IMG/VR virus record: IMGVR_UViG_3300031414_000001
Location: 1 to 64,000 of that record
Origin: a virus
Lineage: Duplodnaviria > Heunggongvirae > Uroviricota > Caudoviricetes
Strand: one strand, 5' to 3'
DNA: 64,000 nucleotides
Shown: in pieces, positions 50,156-62,088 of the stretch
How the letters are laid out: every line of letters begins with the position of its first letter
Position numbering within the stretch: position 1 is the first letter of the stretch
Notes under the pieces: generated by a model
What the model was told of the DNA's origin: nothing
Seen by the model: only the letters and a program-made list of their open reading frames with translations
Database searches by the model: none
Position numbers and translations under genes: made by a program

Positions 50156-50704
50156 TTAAGCAGTTAGATCGATATGAACTACAGTACTTTCTACTCCAGA
50201 ATCAGCAACAGTAATGTACTCAGTTTTCAATTCACGATAATCGTTAGTTGTGCTTGAGCCAGGGAACAGTGCTTTAGAGTAAGTAACTTGTACTTCAAAG
50301 AATTCGTCAATAATCTCAACACTCAATGCTTCATCAATGATTGCTTTAATCACTGAAGCAGCATCAGCAAAATGATCACTCGTTAGTACTTCTAGAGTGC
50401 TAAGGAATGGTTCAATTGAAATGTAAGATACTACGATTTCTGCGTCAGATGGAACAGTGCTTGCTGTACCCTCTGTACCGAATTTGATTGTAAAATATAC
50501 AGGAACGGATAGTTCTGATAGTTTACGCTCAACATGTTTTAGTCTAACAAAAGCCTGAGCTTTTGTCAATGTTTCAGCGTCCGTTGGAACGGTTGTGCTT
50601 GTATTGTCGTAATCAGCGTACTCGAAAAATTTCTTATCGTCAAGTACTTCGCCAGGTACTTTAATACTAAATGCGTTGAATAAGTTGTTCATTATAGTCT
50701 CCAT
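50156..50704 (-). CDS. Hypothetical protein (late)
   Basis: TAAATA at 50721-50726; start may be 50692. Confidence 0.75.
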   Translation of the reverse strand: METIMNNLFNAFSIKVPGEVLDDKKFFEYADYDNTSTTVPTDAETLTKAQAFVRLKHVERKLSELSVPVYFTIKFGTEGTASTVPSDAEIVVSYISIEPFLSTLEVLTSDHFADAASVIKAIIDEALSVEIIDEFFEVQVTYSKALFPGSSTTNDYRELKTEYITVADSGVESTVVHIDLTA

Positions 50705-50728
50705 AGAAAGAACTTTCTATTATTTATG

Positions 50729-52065
50729 TTAGAATCTTCCACTTTTACGCAACATCACACTATAACGTGGTCGTGTTAACGCAGTGTACAGAATACGGCA
50801 TTTTGTATCGTTGTTCGGAATTCGTTCAATAAAATCGGTATCGAACCAGATATTATCGAAAGTACTTCCTTGTGATTTGTGAGCCGTAGTCGCATATGGA
50901 TAGTTAATGACATTAATCTTATTCTTGATTACGTAGTAATCTTGCCACATGTAAGGCTTTTTGGTCAATGGATTTTCGACACGTTTTTCAATCTTGTCAA
51001 CAAGATCCTTCAAATATTCTTCTAACTTGATTCGGGTATACGGCCCGACTCCCAATAAGAAGTTACCATTCGGTAACTTGAATTGCCAACAATCAATTCC
51101 TAAGAATGATTCCTGACGAATCTCTGGACACTGAATAACTTGCTGTACCGTATAAGGACAGTTCTCTGTGATGCTTTCAAATACGATTGGTTCACCAGGA
51201 ATAAACTCAGTGTCTGTATGTTCATGAAATACTTCATTACGAATATACATATTAGCGAAGTTAACCCGATAATTTGTATAAGCAATGATTTTGTTTTCCT
51301 GAACGAAATCGTAAATCTTCAATGATGAAGTACTGTGCTCTTTGATATACTCTTTGTATACATCAAGGAATACCATTTCATCTTCAATCGGTGTAATAGT
51401 TTCTAGGTCATCTAATTGGTTTAAGATAGCCATTGGATCATTACGAGTACCGATACATTGACGAATTTGTGTAGCAACACTTAGAATTGGGTTATCTAGT
51501 GCCTGACGAAGTACTTCATTCAATTCGTATTGTAACGGAATATCAAATGTAGGACTTAGTTTTGTTTCACCAGTAGTACCTTCAGATTCAACTGGTGGTA
51601 GCTGGCATTTATCGCCGATGAAAATAATCGCACGGCGTACACGGTGAATTTGATCCATGATGTGTTTGTACATTTCTTCTGAAATCATACTACATTCATC
51701 AACGAACAGTACATCCACCATTGCGGTACTGTTCTTGGATTGTGGGTCATGTTTCAGTACTTGACGACTTTTCTCATAGACTAGTTTTAATCCTAAGAAA
51801 GAGTGTATAGTACTGACTAGAGCATCTTCTTTATCTAATCCAGCATTGAGTAACATCTTACGCAGTACAGCATTAGCTTTGTGCGTGGGTGAAGTTACAG
51901 CAATGTTATATCCCTGATAGATATTCCCGATGATTTCAGATACCAAAGTACTTTTACCAGTTCCAGCATAACCAACGATTACTGCTTCAGTTCGACCTGG
52001 AAAGTTATTGATTCTGTCAATTACATCATCAAAAATATTTTGTTGCTTGTCCGTAAGCGTAATAC

Positions 52066-52069
<4 letters not shown>
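50729..52069 (-). CDS. dda: Dda-like SF1B DNA helicase
   Basis: GYAGTGKST, PTHKA, TIHSFL, VDECSM, GDKCQLPPV, AYTN, TAHKSQGST, YTALTR. Confidence 0.92.
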
Positions 52070-53008
<939 letters not shown>

Positions 53009-53016
<8 letters not shown>

Positions 53017-53389
53017 TGCGATATTCTTTTATTTTATTATATGCCATTACTAGAGACATGACACGATAGAATGCTACAGCCGATATAGCGAACAGTACTG
53101 ACATATTTCCTATCAGTACTCCAACTATAATAGCATGACATAGGTAAGAACCTATGAAGTTATATAGCCGAAGTTTATACTCGGTTTTATCGAAGATTAA
53201 TTCAACAGCTTCTTTGTACTGAGAATTAATATGGGGATACATCTTTACCCAACGATCTAATCTGAAGGTGGTAAAGATTGCCATCATAGAAAGGAAAAGA
53301 TATAATGGTAAAAGATAATTCACATAACCTGCATAATAAAGCACCGAAGTGATTGTAATCATGATTATGTTATAAATAGTGGGAAACAT
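53009..53389 (-). CDS. Membrane protein
   Basis: About four hydrophobic segments. Confidence 0.7.
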
Positions 53390-53416
53390 AAGACGCTCTT
53401 AGTAAGTTTTGTAAAG

Positions 53417-53445
53417 ATTATAGCACAAATCCAAATCTTGTTCCA
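53417..53445 (-). promoter_or_regulatory. TG(A/G)AAC-class promoter
   Basis: TGGAAC-N17-TATAAT, extended TGC. Confidence 0.7.
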
Positions 53446-53474
53446 GTTTTTTACACTTTTTAATCATGTACAGG

Positions 53475-53480
53475 TAAATA
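53475..53480 (+). promoter_or_regulatory. Late promoter (TAAATA) for the plus-strand pair
   Basis: GTAAATA about 40 nt before ATG 53520. Confidence 0.5.
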
Positions 53481-53489
53481 TGTGTATAA

Positions 53490-54233
<744 letters not shown>

Positions 54234-54244
54234 GGAGAATAAGC

Positions 54245-54898
54245 ATGTTTAATCGTAAAGATAAACCTTCCATTTTGGAAAGATTTTTTACAATTGTTGC
54301 GTGTTTCGTACTTGGTGTGTTCGTCCTGATCAACGCGAATTTTATACAAGGTAAAGCGGAAGCAGAAGTATTTCCCATTATGATGAACAGTGTTTATGCT
54401 AGTCAGCAAAACAATGAAAACATTAATGTGGAATTCAGGAAAATGATGATAAAGTATCCTGATATAAAGTCTGTCGTTTTATATAAATTCGTACAAGATA
54501 GCGGAACATCCATATATACAGGTCAAATCAATATAACATCTGAAACACACGATGGCTCTAAATTACCGGATGACAATGACGTTAATCCAATGGTAGATAG
54601 TACTAACAGTATTCAAGATATTTTATTGAATAAGGTCAATTACGAAAACGTGGCAACAATTCAACTTCTATGTGAGAACAAATTTAATGCATCTCAGCTA
54701 TTTTCATGCGAGAGATACAAGAAGATTGGTTCAAAATATAAAAGTGTAATATCTATTCCAATCATCCAAAACGTCGATGTAGGCGTTGTCGGATATGTGA
54801 TGATCACATTGGGTTCAGAATACGATAACCTTCAAGTTCAAGATCTTGTAAATGGTTTACGACCATATATCACAAGTGTTCAACTACTTGTCAATTAA
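54245..54898 (+). CDS. Second holin-T-like/GAF-like membrane protein
   Basis: N-terminal TM; VVLYKFV and SVISIPI......VGYVMITL match the upstream ORF. Confidence 0.55.
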   Translation: MFNRKDKPSILERFFTIVACFVLGVFVLINANFIQGKAEAEVFPIMMNSVYASQQNNENINVEFRKMMIKYPDIKSVVLYKFVQDSGTSIYTGQINITSETHDGSKLPDDNDVNPMVDSTNSIQDILLNKVNYENVATIQLLCENKFNASQLFSCERYKKIGSKYKSVISIPIIQNVDVGVVGYVMITLGSEYDNLQVQDLVNGLRPYITSVQLLVN

Positions 54899-54902
54899 TA
54901 TA

Positions 54903-54931
54903 AAAGGGAGCTTAATGCTCCCTTTTTGTTT
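54903..54931. terminator. Bidirectional terminator between convergent genes
   Basis: AAAAGGGAGC-TTAAT-GCTCCCTTTTT. Confidence 0.8.
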
Positions 54932-55651
54932 TTACACAGTAATGAATTTGTTCAAGTCAGGCTCGAAGAAGTCAAGACCTTTCAGTACTTTACCATCCCC
55001 AGCACGACGAATAACATAGTATGAAGTACCGTTAACCTGTACTTCATGACCTTCAGCACCATTGTAATCTTCTGGTTTTTCTTTCTGGCGTTCCAAAATA
55101 CTCTTAGCACATTCATGAGCAGATTTACAGAACTTAGCCATGTTAGATGCGTGAACTTCTTTAAAAGCACCATCTAAATCAAAGTTGTGTAGTGTTGATA
55201 GGTCAATGATATTATAAATCAAACTATTCAATCCACTCTGGATAGTACGCATATCACCCATCAGAAGACCACGTGCGGTTTTCTCATAGCAATCATTAAT
55301 GTACTTAGACATTGTAGCCGCTACGCTATACGACAATACCGTACTAGCCCCACTACGTTGACGTGGAATTTCATATGTCGGTGATTCGATACCAAAGGTA
55401 GCTAGAGCACCGTAAGCAACGTATAGTACGTCACAAATACCATCAAGAATCCCTTTCAGATCATCTTTCGCGATACTATCAAATAGTTCATTTTTTCCCG
55501 CCATTTCTTCTTTAATCAAAGATAGACGAAAATTACCAACTTTAGTTGTAGGTTCAACGAAAGTGCTATTTACTTCTTGTCCAGCAACAGTCATGAACTC
55601 AACTACTGCGTCAAATTGTTCTTTGGTATTTGTCTTTTCGAACATTACCAT
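54932..55651 (-). CDS. MazG-like all-alpha NTP pyrophosphatase
   Basis: RLSLIKEE...EL, DGICDVLYVAYG, FKEVHASNMAK, DGKVLKG. Confidence 0.85.
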   Translation of the reverse strand: MVMFEKTNTKEQFDAVVEFMTVAGQEVNSTFVEPTTKVGNFRLSLIKEEMAGKNELFDSIAKDDLKGILDGICDVLYVAYGALATFGIESPTYEIPRQRSGASTVLSYSVAATMSKYINDCYEKTARGLLMGDMRTIQSGLNSLIYNIIDLSTLHNFDLDGAFKEVHASNMAKFCKSAHECAKSILERQKEKPEDYNGAEGHEVQVNGTSYYVIRRAGDGKVLKGLDFFEPDLNKFITV

Positions 55652-56022
55652 TCTCCATAATATGCGTCACCGTATAGTACAGTGACATTTCCTATTTCTG
55701 CGTAACTTGGGTCAATCTCTGATAGAATCAGAAGTAGACCTTTACAGTACTCTTTGACGAAGTTTTCAGAGAACTCTGATGTTTTAACTTGGAACATAAT
55801 ATTAGTTCCAACTTGGCTTCCACCAACAAAAGTACTGTCATCATATTCATAGATAGCATCCAGTAGTTTATCTTCTGCTGGAACATCAAATAACCCTGCG
55901 GATAAATCAATGGAAACCAAAGTTTCTGCGAAATCATCTAAATGTAACTTTTTCAAGGAACGTTTACTACGAAGTGTAGTTTTTGGGAATTTTTCATTGA
56001 TTTTTTCGAAAGAGTACTGCAT
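55645..56022 (-). CDS. YggL/DUF469-like ribosome-associated protein
   Basis: RSKRSLKKLHLDDFAE matches YggL RSRRLRKKMHIDEFQE; C-terminal DAYY. Confidence 0.65.
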   Translation of the reverse strand: MQYSFEKINEKFPKTTLRSKRSLKKLHLDDFAETLVSIDLSAGLFDVPAEDKLLDAIYEYDDSTFVGGSQVGTNIMFQVKTSEFSENFVKEYCKGLLLILSEIDPSYAEIGNVTVLYGDAYYGEW

Positions 56023-56033
56023 AATGACTTCTC

Positions 56034-56264
56034 TTATTTGCGGTTCTGACGACGAGACTTACGAGCAACTTTGTTCGCAGCACGGCGTTTAGATTTGATT
56101 TTACGTTTTTCTGCTACGTCAGAATCTTTCTTCATATAGTAGTTAGACAGACGAGCAATCATCTTACTGGTATATTCCATTTCTTCAGCAGTCATTTCGT
56201 ATCCGGTAACTTCTTCTGCTGCTTCCATGTTCTTTTCTACCATTTTGTTCAGTTCGTTGTTCAT
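56034..56264 (-). CDS. Small protein with basic C-terminal tail
   Basis: KRRAANKVARKSRRQNRK. Confidence 0.75.
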   Translation of the reverse strand: MNNELNKMVEKNMEAAEEVTGYEMTAEEMEYTSKMIARLSNYYMKKDSDVAEKRKIKSKRRAANKVARKSRRQNRK

Positions 56265-56299
56265 TGTGATATTTTCCTTTTCACTGTTTTAACACGTTC

Positions 56300-56328
56300 A
56301 TTATAGCACAAAAACTTATGCCGTTTCA
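56300..56328 (-). promoter_or_regulatory. TG(A/G)AAC-class promoter
   Basis: TGAAAC-N17-TATAAT, extended TGC. Confidence 0.7.
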
Positions 56329-56528
56329 TCTTTTTGATCGCTCACTACAGGAACGAAAAATGCAATTTTGTCAGTTGGGATATGTTCTAGTGTGTTTAGA
56401 ATAATTCCATTATCTCTTGCATCAATAACAAAGCCAGTTAGATTAACTTGATTGATCAAAAAGAAAGTGTATTGGTACTCTGGATCAAAGGTGAAAATAT
56501 CTTTGATGTGTGGTTGTGTATTAGCCAT
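56316..56528 (-). CDS. Hfq/Sm-like protein
   Basis: TFFLINQVNLTGFVIDARDNGIIL..IAFFVP aligns by eye with Hfq [30 protein letters not shown]; 70 aa. Confidence 0.5.
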   Translation of the reverse strand: MANTQPHIKDIFTFDPEYQYTFFLINQVNLTGFVIDARDNGIILNTLEHIPTDKIAFFVPVVSDQKDETA

Positions 56529-56567
56529 ATTTTATCCATGAAAAAAAGGAGGCATAGCCTCCTGTTA

Positions 56568-57689
56568 TTAAAGTTCAATCCCTTGGAAGGATTCTTCAGA
56601 AACATCGTTATCAACTCCACCAATTAGGTAAGAACTGATTTCAGTTTCTTGTGGAGCTACTTGTACGTCAGCACCAGTAATCCAGTCCATTGTCCAAGGT
56701 AGCGGGTTGTTCTGTCCAATGCTATAAGGGCATTTAATACCTACAGCACTCATACGCTTACAACCAATCCAACGAACATATTGTTTTAGAATGGTAGCGT
56801 TTAGACCGATGATAGAACCATCTTTGAATAGGAAATCTGCCCATTCTTCTTCCTGCTTGATTGCGTCCATGAACATATCCTGAACTTCATCATAGCATTC
56901 TTCAGCAATCTTCGCAAAGTCAGGATCTTCTTTCTTCATTAGGCGAAGCATCATTTGCGTTGCACCTAAGTGAATGTTTTCATCACGGCAGATGAAACGA
57001 ATGATTTTCGCATTACCTTCCATTTTCTCATTCTCTGCGAAACTCCAGGAACAAGCAAATGATACGTAGAAACGAATACCTTCTAGAATGTTTATACTGT
57101 TGATACACAACCAAAGCTTTTTCTTTAGTTCATACAAATCAACAACAACTTCTTCACCATTTACGATGTGAGTACCTTCTCCAAGCATACGGTACTTAAG
57201 AATGTAATCATCTAGATCATCATAGTACTTTGCAATATCTTCAGCACAATCTGTAATTTCAGGAATATCCAGCATGGTATCAAATACTTCTGATGGATTA
57301 GGATATACGTTACGAATGATATGAGTATATGAACGACTATGAATACTTTCAAAGAACGCCCACGTTTCAATGAATGATTCAATCTCTGGCAGAGAAGCAA
57401 TTGGAAGTAGTGCTAGGTTAGGACCACGACCTTGTACTGAATCCAGAAGAATCTGACGTTTTAGATTAGCAGTAAAGATATGTTTCTCATGATCTTGTAG
57501 TGCTTTGAAATCAATACGGTCTTTGGACAAGTCAACTTCTTGAGGACGCCAGAAGAAACTTTGATGGCTTTCAGTCATTTTTTCAAATGGTGAATACTTT
57601 ACTGCGTCATAACGTTGAATGTCTACCGATTCATCCAGGAACATATTCTTTTCTAGATGGGAAGTTTCATTCTTTTTAAATACTGACAT
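56568..57689 (-). CDS. nrdB: Ribonucleotide reductase class Ia beta subunit
   Basis: FFWRPQEV, LDSVQGR, ESIHSRSY, LEGIRFYVSF, RDENIH, APQETE.SSY. Confidence 0.97.
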   Translation of the reverse strand: MSVFKKNETSHLEKNMFLDESVDIQRYDAVKYSPFEKMTESHQSFFWRPQEVDLSKDRIDFKALQDHEKHIFTANLKRQILLDSVQGRGPNLALLPIASLPEIESFIETWAFFESIHSRSYTHIIRNVYPNPSEVFDTMLDIPEITDCAEDIAKYYDDLDDYILKYRMLGEGTHIVNGEEVVVDLYELKKKLWLCINSINILEGIRFYVSFACSWSFAENEKMEGNAKIIRFICRDENIHLGATQMMLRLMKKEDPDFAKIAEECYDEVQDMFMDAIKQEEEWADFLFKDGSIIGLNATILKQYVRWIGCKRMSAVGIKCPYSIGQNNPLPWTMDWITGADVQVAPQETEISSYLIGGVDNDVSEESFQGIEL

Positions 57690-57698
57690 TGTATTTCC

Positions 57699-58472
57699 TT
57701 ATGTGTTAATCTTTTTACCAAGTTTCCATGAAAGCCAGTGAATATCACGCTGTCCATCTTTGGTAGTATTGTGTAGGGTTAATAGTTCGTTCCATGTTAG
57801 AACAGTTGTGTCAAGTGGTGTATGTGCGTGGTAACGTGTCATACCATCTTCACAAGGGTCAAAAGCCATAATCTGAGCACCAGTAATAGTTTTTGCTGGT
57901 GGTTGTAAACCTAGTAAATCACGAACATCATCTTCAATGATTTGGAAGGTAGCAATTGCGGCTATACTTAATTCTGACCACTTTTCTTTAATGAAGTCCA
58001 CTGTTAGCTGTTGATATTTTGAAATGTAATTCTTGTCTAGATATTCCCATTTCTCTTTAATGAAATCAACAGCCATTGTTTGGTAACGTGAAATCTCACC
58101 AGCAACCTTATCTGAAAAGGCTACCAGTTGATCCCATTTCTCAGAAAGAAAGTCCTGAGTTAGTTTTTGATACTTAGCAATGGTTTCAACAGCAGTACTT
58201 TGAAAGTCCGTCCACTTTTCTTTAATCCATTCAATAGGCATAATAACATATTGTGCTATTACATTCTTATTGAACCATTCCCATTTCTCTTTAATGAAAT
58301 CCATTGTCATAGTTTGATAACGCACTAATGCGTTAGCATCTAGTTTATGAAAATGTTTCTCAATAAAATCTTGAGGTAACTTTTGATATTGAACAACTTG
58401 GTTCATATCTAAGTCTTCCCAAAATTCTTCAATGAAATCTAAATCCATTGGTTTTGTATAATCAACTTTCAT
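57699..58472 (-). CDS. Tandem-repeat protein (~22-aa YQ.L..DFI.E.W repeats)
   Basis: About 8 repeats; 25-nt exact DNA duplication 58043-58067/58277-58301. Confidence 0.85.
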   Translation of the reverse strand: MKVDYTKPMDLDFIEEFWEDLDMNQVVQYQKLPQDFIEKHFHKLDANALVRYQTMTMDFIKEKWEWFNKNVIAQYVIMPIEWIKEKWTDFQSTAVETIAKYQKLTQDFLSEKWDQLVAFSDKVAGEISRYQTMAVDFIKEKWEYLDKNYISKYQQLTVDFIKEKWSELSIAAIATFQIIEDDVRDLLGLQPPAKTITGAQIMAFDPCEDGMTRYHAHTPLDTTVLTWNELLTLHNTTKDGQRDIHWLSWKLGKKINT

Positions 58473-58517
58473 ATTGCATATCCGATAAAAATCCCCTCAC
58501 TTGGAGGGGATTTTATT

Positions 58518-60839
58518 TTAAATCTTACAGCTATCGCAATCGTCTTCTGCTTCCATAGGAGGAAGAAGTACTACAATACCTTTTTCTTTCTTTTCGCCTT
58601 CTAGTTTATCTAGATCTACTTCACCAGAACCATCGTTCGTGTTCATGTAGTACAAGTTCTTAAGTCCGTACTTGTAAGCTAATAGCAATTCTGTTAACAG
58701 CATATCCATAGATAACTTACCGTTAGGATAGTTAGCAGGGTTATAGCTGGTGTTAGCACTGATACTTTGGTCGATATATTTCTGTAGAACACCACAAATC
58801 TTAATATAACCTTCGTTGCTAGTCTGTTCCCAAAGTAGAGTGTACTTGTTCTTCAGTTTACCAATTTCTGGAACAACTTGTTTCAAGATACCATCTTTGG
58901 ATGCTTTAATTGAAACTAGGTTACGTGGTGGTTCAATACCGTTAGTACTGTTACTAATCTGTGCTGATGTTTCAGCAGGCATTAGAGCCATTGTTGTTGC
59001 GTTACGAATACCATGAATCGCAATCTCAGCACGTAGAGCTTCCCAATCCATCTTCAATTCAGTACCGACTAAATCATCAATACTTTTCTTGTAGTTGTCA
59101 ATTGGTAGAATACCTTGAGCATAACGTAGGTTTTCGAATTTCTCACAACGACCTTGTTCTTTTGCTAATTGTACTGATGATTTAATCAAATAGTACGACC
59201 ATGCTTCTGACCATTCGTTAATAGTACTGAGAGCACCGTCATCGTAGCGTAGGCCACGTTTAGCAAGGAAGTAAGCTAGATTGATGATTCCTACACCTAG
59301 TGGACGATAAGCCTTTGTAGCTCGTTCTGCGTGGATTACAGGGTATTCCTGATAATCTAGTAGAGCGTCCAACGCACGTACAGAAAGGTCACAAGCTTCT
59401 TCCATTTGGTCTGGAGTATCAAAGTTACCCCAATTGATTGCTGCTAGAGTACAAAGGCTAATTAGACCTTCTTCATCATCCTTCACATCTTCAAATGGAA
59501 TAGATGGCAGAGCAATCTCTTGACACAAGTTACTTTGTTCAATCGGAGCAACCGAAGGGTCGAACGGAGAGTGATCATTAACTAGGTCAATATTTTGAAC
59601 ATAGATACGACCAGTTTCAGTACGTTCAGTCATTAACTGAGTGAATACTTCTAGTGCTGGAAGTGTCTTTTTACGAATGCTTGGATCAGCTTCGTATTTT
59701 TGATAAAGTTTTTCAAATTTATCTTGATCGGCACAAAACGCTTCATACAATCCAGGAACATCACTTGGAGAGAAGAAAGTAATATTTTTACGTTGAATCA
59801 AACGTTGATAAAGAGTTTTGTTAATTTGGAAACAGTAATCCAACTGACGAACACGAGATACTTCAGTACCTTTGTTATTCTTCAGTACTACAAGATCTTC
59901 GAACTCATAGTGCCATAGTGGGAAGTGAACTGTTGCCGCTCCACCACGTACACCACCCTGAGAACAGGATTTAACAGTTTTAGCAACTGCGTGTAGGAAT
60001 GGAATCAAACCTGTGTGAACTGCGTCACCACCACGAATTTCAGAACCAACAGCACGGACACGACCATAGTTAACACCTAGTCCAGCTTTCTTAGAAATGT
60101 ACTTCATGATAGCACTATTACCAGCACTGATGCTGTCTAGACTATCACCAACGTTCATAACAACACAAGAACTGAATTGGCGTGTATTGGTACGAAGACC
60201 AGCCATAATTGGAGTTGGTAGAGAAATGTCGAAGTTACTAATCGCATCATAGAATTTCTTAACCCATTGAATACGGTTATTAGTATACTTCATGAATACG
60301 ATAGCAGCAATCATCATATATGCCATTTGCGGGGTTTCGAAGATTTGAGCTTCAACACCTTTCTTGGAACGGTTCTGTACTAGATACTTACCTTCCCATT
60401 GCTTCATAGCAACGAATGTGAATTTGTCATCACGTTTGTGTTTAATGTATTTTCCAAGTTCTTCTAGTTCTTGGGTAGTATACATGTCGAGAATTTCTGG
60501 ATCATATTTTCCGTTTTCAACTAATCCGGTAACATGATCTACGAATTTGATTGGCTCATAAGTTCCATATACTTGCTTACGTAGAGAATAGTTAATCAAT
60601 CTACCAGCGACATATTGGTAATTAGGAGTTTCTTCAGAAATGAGTTCTGAAGCGGCTTTGATTAGAATGTTATGAATGGTCTTAGTACTCATACCTTCAA
60701 AGAACTGAAGTTGAGAACGCATTTCAATTTCTGAAACAGAAACGCCAGTTAAACCTTCACACGCAAAAAATAAAATCTGATGAATTTTATCTAGATCTAG
60801 TGCTTCCTTAGCACCATTACGTTTAGTAACGTTAATCAT
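58518..60839 (-). CDS. nrdA: Ribonucleotide reductase class Ia alpha subunit with ATP cone
   Basis: VTKRNG ATP cone, PTPIMAG, QFSSC, SQGGVRGG, SNLCQEI, LCTL, MPAETS, C-terminal CDSCKI. Confidence 0.97.
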   Translation of the reverse strand: MINVTKRNGAKEALDLDKIHQILFFACEGLTGVSVSEIEMRSQLQFFEGMSTKTIHNILIKAASELISEETPNYQYVAGRLINYSLRKQVYGTYEPIKFVDHVTGLVENGKYDPEILDMYTTQELEELGKYIKHKRDDKFTFVAMKQWEGKYLVQNRSKKGVEAQIFETPQMAYMMIAAIVFMKYTNNRIQWVKKFYDAISNFDISLPTPIMAGLRTNTRQFSSCVVMNVGDSLDSISAGNSAIMKYISKKAGLGVNYGRVRAVGSEIRGGDAVHTGLIPFLHAVAKTVKSCSQGGVRGGAATVHFPLWHYEFEDLVVLKNNKGTEVSRVRQLDYCFQINKTLYQRLIQRKNITFFSPSDVPGLYEAFCADQDKFEKLYQKYEADPSIRKKTLPALEVFTQLMTERTETGRIYVQNIDLVNDHSPFDPSVAPIEQSNLCQEIALPSIPFEDVKDDEEGLISLCTLAAINWGNFDTPDQMEEACDLSVRALDALLDYQEYPVIHAERATKAYRPLGVGIINLAYFLAKRGLRYDDGALSTINEWSEAWSYYLIKSSVQLAKEQGRCEKFENLRYAQGILPIDNYKKSIDDLVGTELKMDWEALRAEIAIHGIRNATTMALMPAETSAQISNSTNGIEPPRNLVSIKASKDGILKQVVPEIGKLKNKYTLLWEQTSNEGYIKICGVLQKYIDQSISANTSYNPANYPNGKLSMDMLLTELLLAYKYGLKNLYYMNTNDGSGEVDLDKLEGEKKEKGIVVLLPPMEAEDDCDSCKI

Positions 60840-60881
60840 TATACATCCTTGTTGTTGTTTTTCTTAAAAATTGTGGTTCTT

Positions 60882-60889
60882 TATTTATA
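60882..60889 (-). promoter_or_regulatory. T4-type late promoter upstream of nrdA
   Basis: TATAAATA. Confidence 0.5.
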
Positions 60890-60914
60890 AGGGTCGAAAA
60901 AAGGTGGGAGCCTT

Positions 60915-61493
60915 TTAAATAGCATCCCACCCGCGAAGTATATACTCAACAGTAAAAGCTTCAGCACTATCATTAGATAGAGTGACAGCCATTCTGCTGG
61001 TTCCTGTGTCAAAGGCTGGATCTTGAAATTCGATCACTACTAGCCCTTCAGGTTGATTTGTGTTGTTTTGCTGAGCAATAAGTACTGTGCCAGCTTGAAC
61101 CACAAGTTGTACTGTGCCAGATTCTAGTAAAGTACTTCCAGTAGCATTACTATATCCAACGTAATCAATGAATAACCTTGATGTACTTTGTATGTTTACA
61201 GTTACTGAACCATTTGCTGGTACTGTAACCTTATATGGTTTGTTGATAAGTTCGTTAAGAATGCTCCAAGGTGTAAACTCAGTAAGAATTTCCACATTTT
61301 CCTTTCCACTATTTGGGGCGTTATCCCATGTTCTACCAGCAACCAATGAAGAAGGTTCAGAAGAACTTGGTAGGCCGATAAAACAGCGACCTACGTCAGT
61401 ACTAAATCCGATTTGTCCTTTTTCAAGAGCCAAAGGTAAGTCACGTTGTTTACCCATACGAACTTGCATCAAAGCAATTTCTTTTTGAGCCAT
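60915..61493 (-). CDS. Virion structural protein (fibre/baseplate N-terminal motif)
   Basis: QVRMG...DLP..L..GQIGFSTD.GR.FIG; TAAATA at 61523-61528. Confidence 0.65.
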   Translation of the reverse strand: MAQKEIALMQVRMGKQRDLPLALEKGQIGFSTDVGRCFIGLPSSSEPSSLVAGRTWDNAPNSGKENVEILTEFTPWSILNELINKPYKVTVPANGSVTVNIQSTSRLFIDYVGYSNATGSTLLESGTVQLVVQAGTVLIAQQNNTNQPEGLVVIEFQDPAFDTGTSRMAVTLSNDSAEAFTVEYILRGWDAI

Positions 61494-61521
61494 AACTAAA
61501 ATCTCCTATTAAAGTATAGAA

Positions 61522-62088
61522 TTATTTAGTGCTTTCGGCTTGAGCTTTAACATCAGCAATACGCTTTTCAATTAGCTCATTCACTTTTGAACCGTCAACT
61601 GATGAAAGAATAGCTGCTGGGACAGCGGTTTTCAAATGTTTTAGGAACGGAGCAAAAGATTTAAAATCTTTTTCATTCAGTGCTTGTACGATAATATCAA
61701 CATCATCTTGAGCACTTTCAGTACGAACAATCTGAACTTCATCTTCAGGAATAACCACTGAACTTTGAATTTCTTCAATGATAGCTTGTTGTTCTACTGT
61801 ATTTGTTTTATATTCTAGTACTGCTTCATCTACAGTACCGTCTTCTACGGTAGCAGATTCTTGTACCATTAAATCAGCAATTTCTTCAGAGATTTGCTGG
61901 ACAGTTTTACCGCCACGCATTTTATAATCTTTGATTGCTTGAATTAGTTTTACTGGAAGTGGTAGTACATCCAGTTCTGAATCGTCTTGTTTGATCAATT
62001 CATTAATATCGTAACCTTTAGCTTGTACTGCTTTGATTGCGAAAATATCTTGTTTCATTGCTCTTAATCCCATTTTACATTTCTCCAC
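61522..62088 (-). CDS. Hypothetical protein
   Basis: ORF; start probably at a downstream Met (MGLRAM or MKQD). Confidence 0.75.
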   Translation of the reverse strand: MEKCKMGLRAMKQDIFAIKAVQAKGYDINELIKQDDSELDVLPLPVKLIQAIKDYKMRGGKTVQQISEEIADLMVQESATVEDGTVDEAVLEYKTNTVEQQAIIEEIQSSVVIPEDEVQIVRTESAQDDVDIIVQALNEKDFKSFAPFLKHLKTAVPAAILSSVDGSKVNELIEKRIADVKAQAESTK

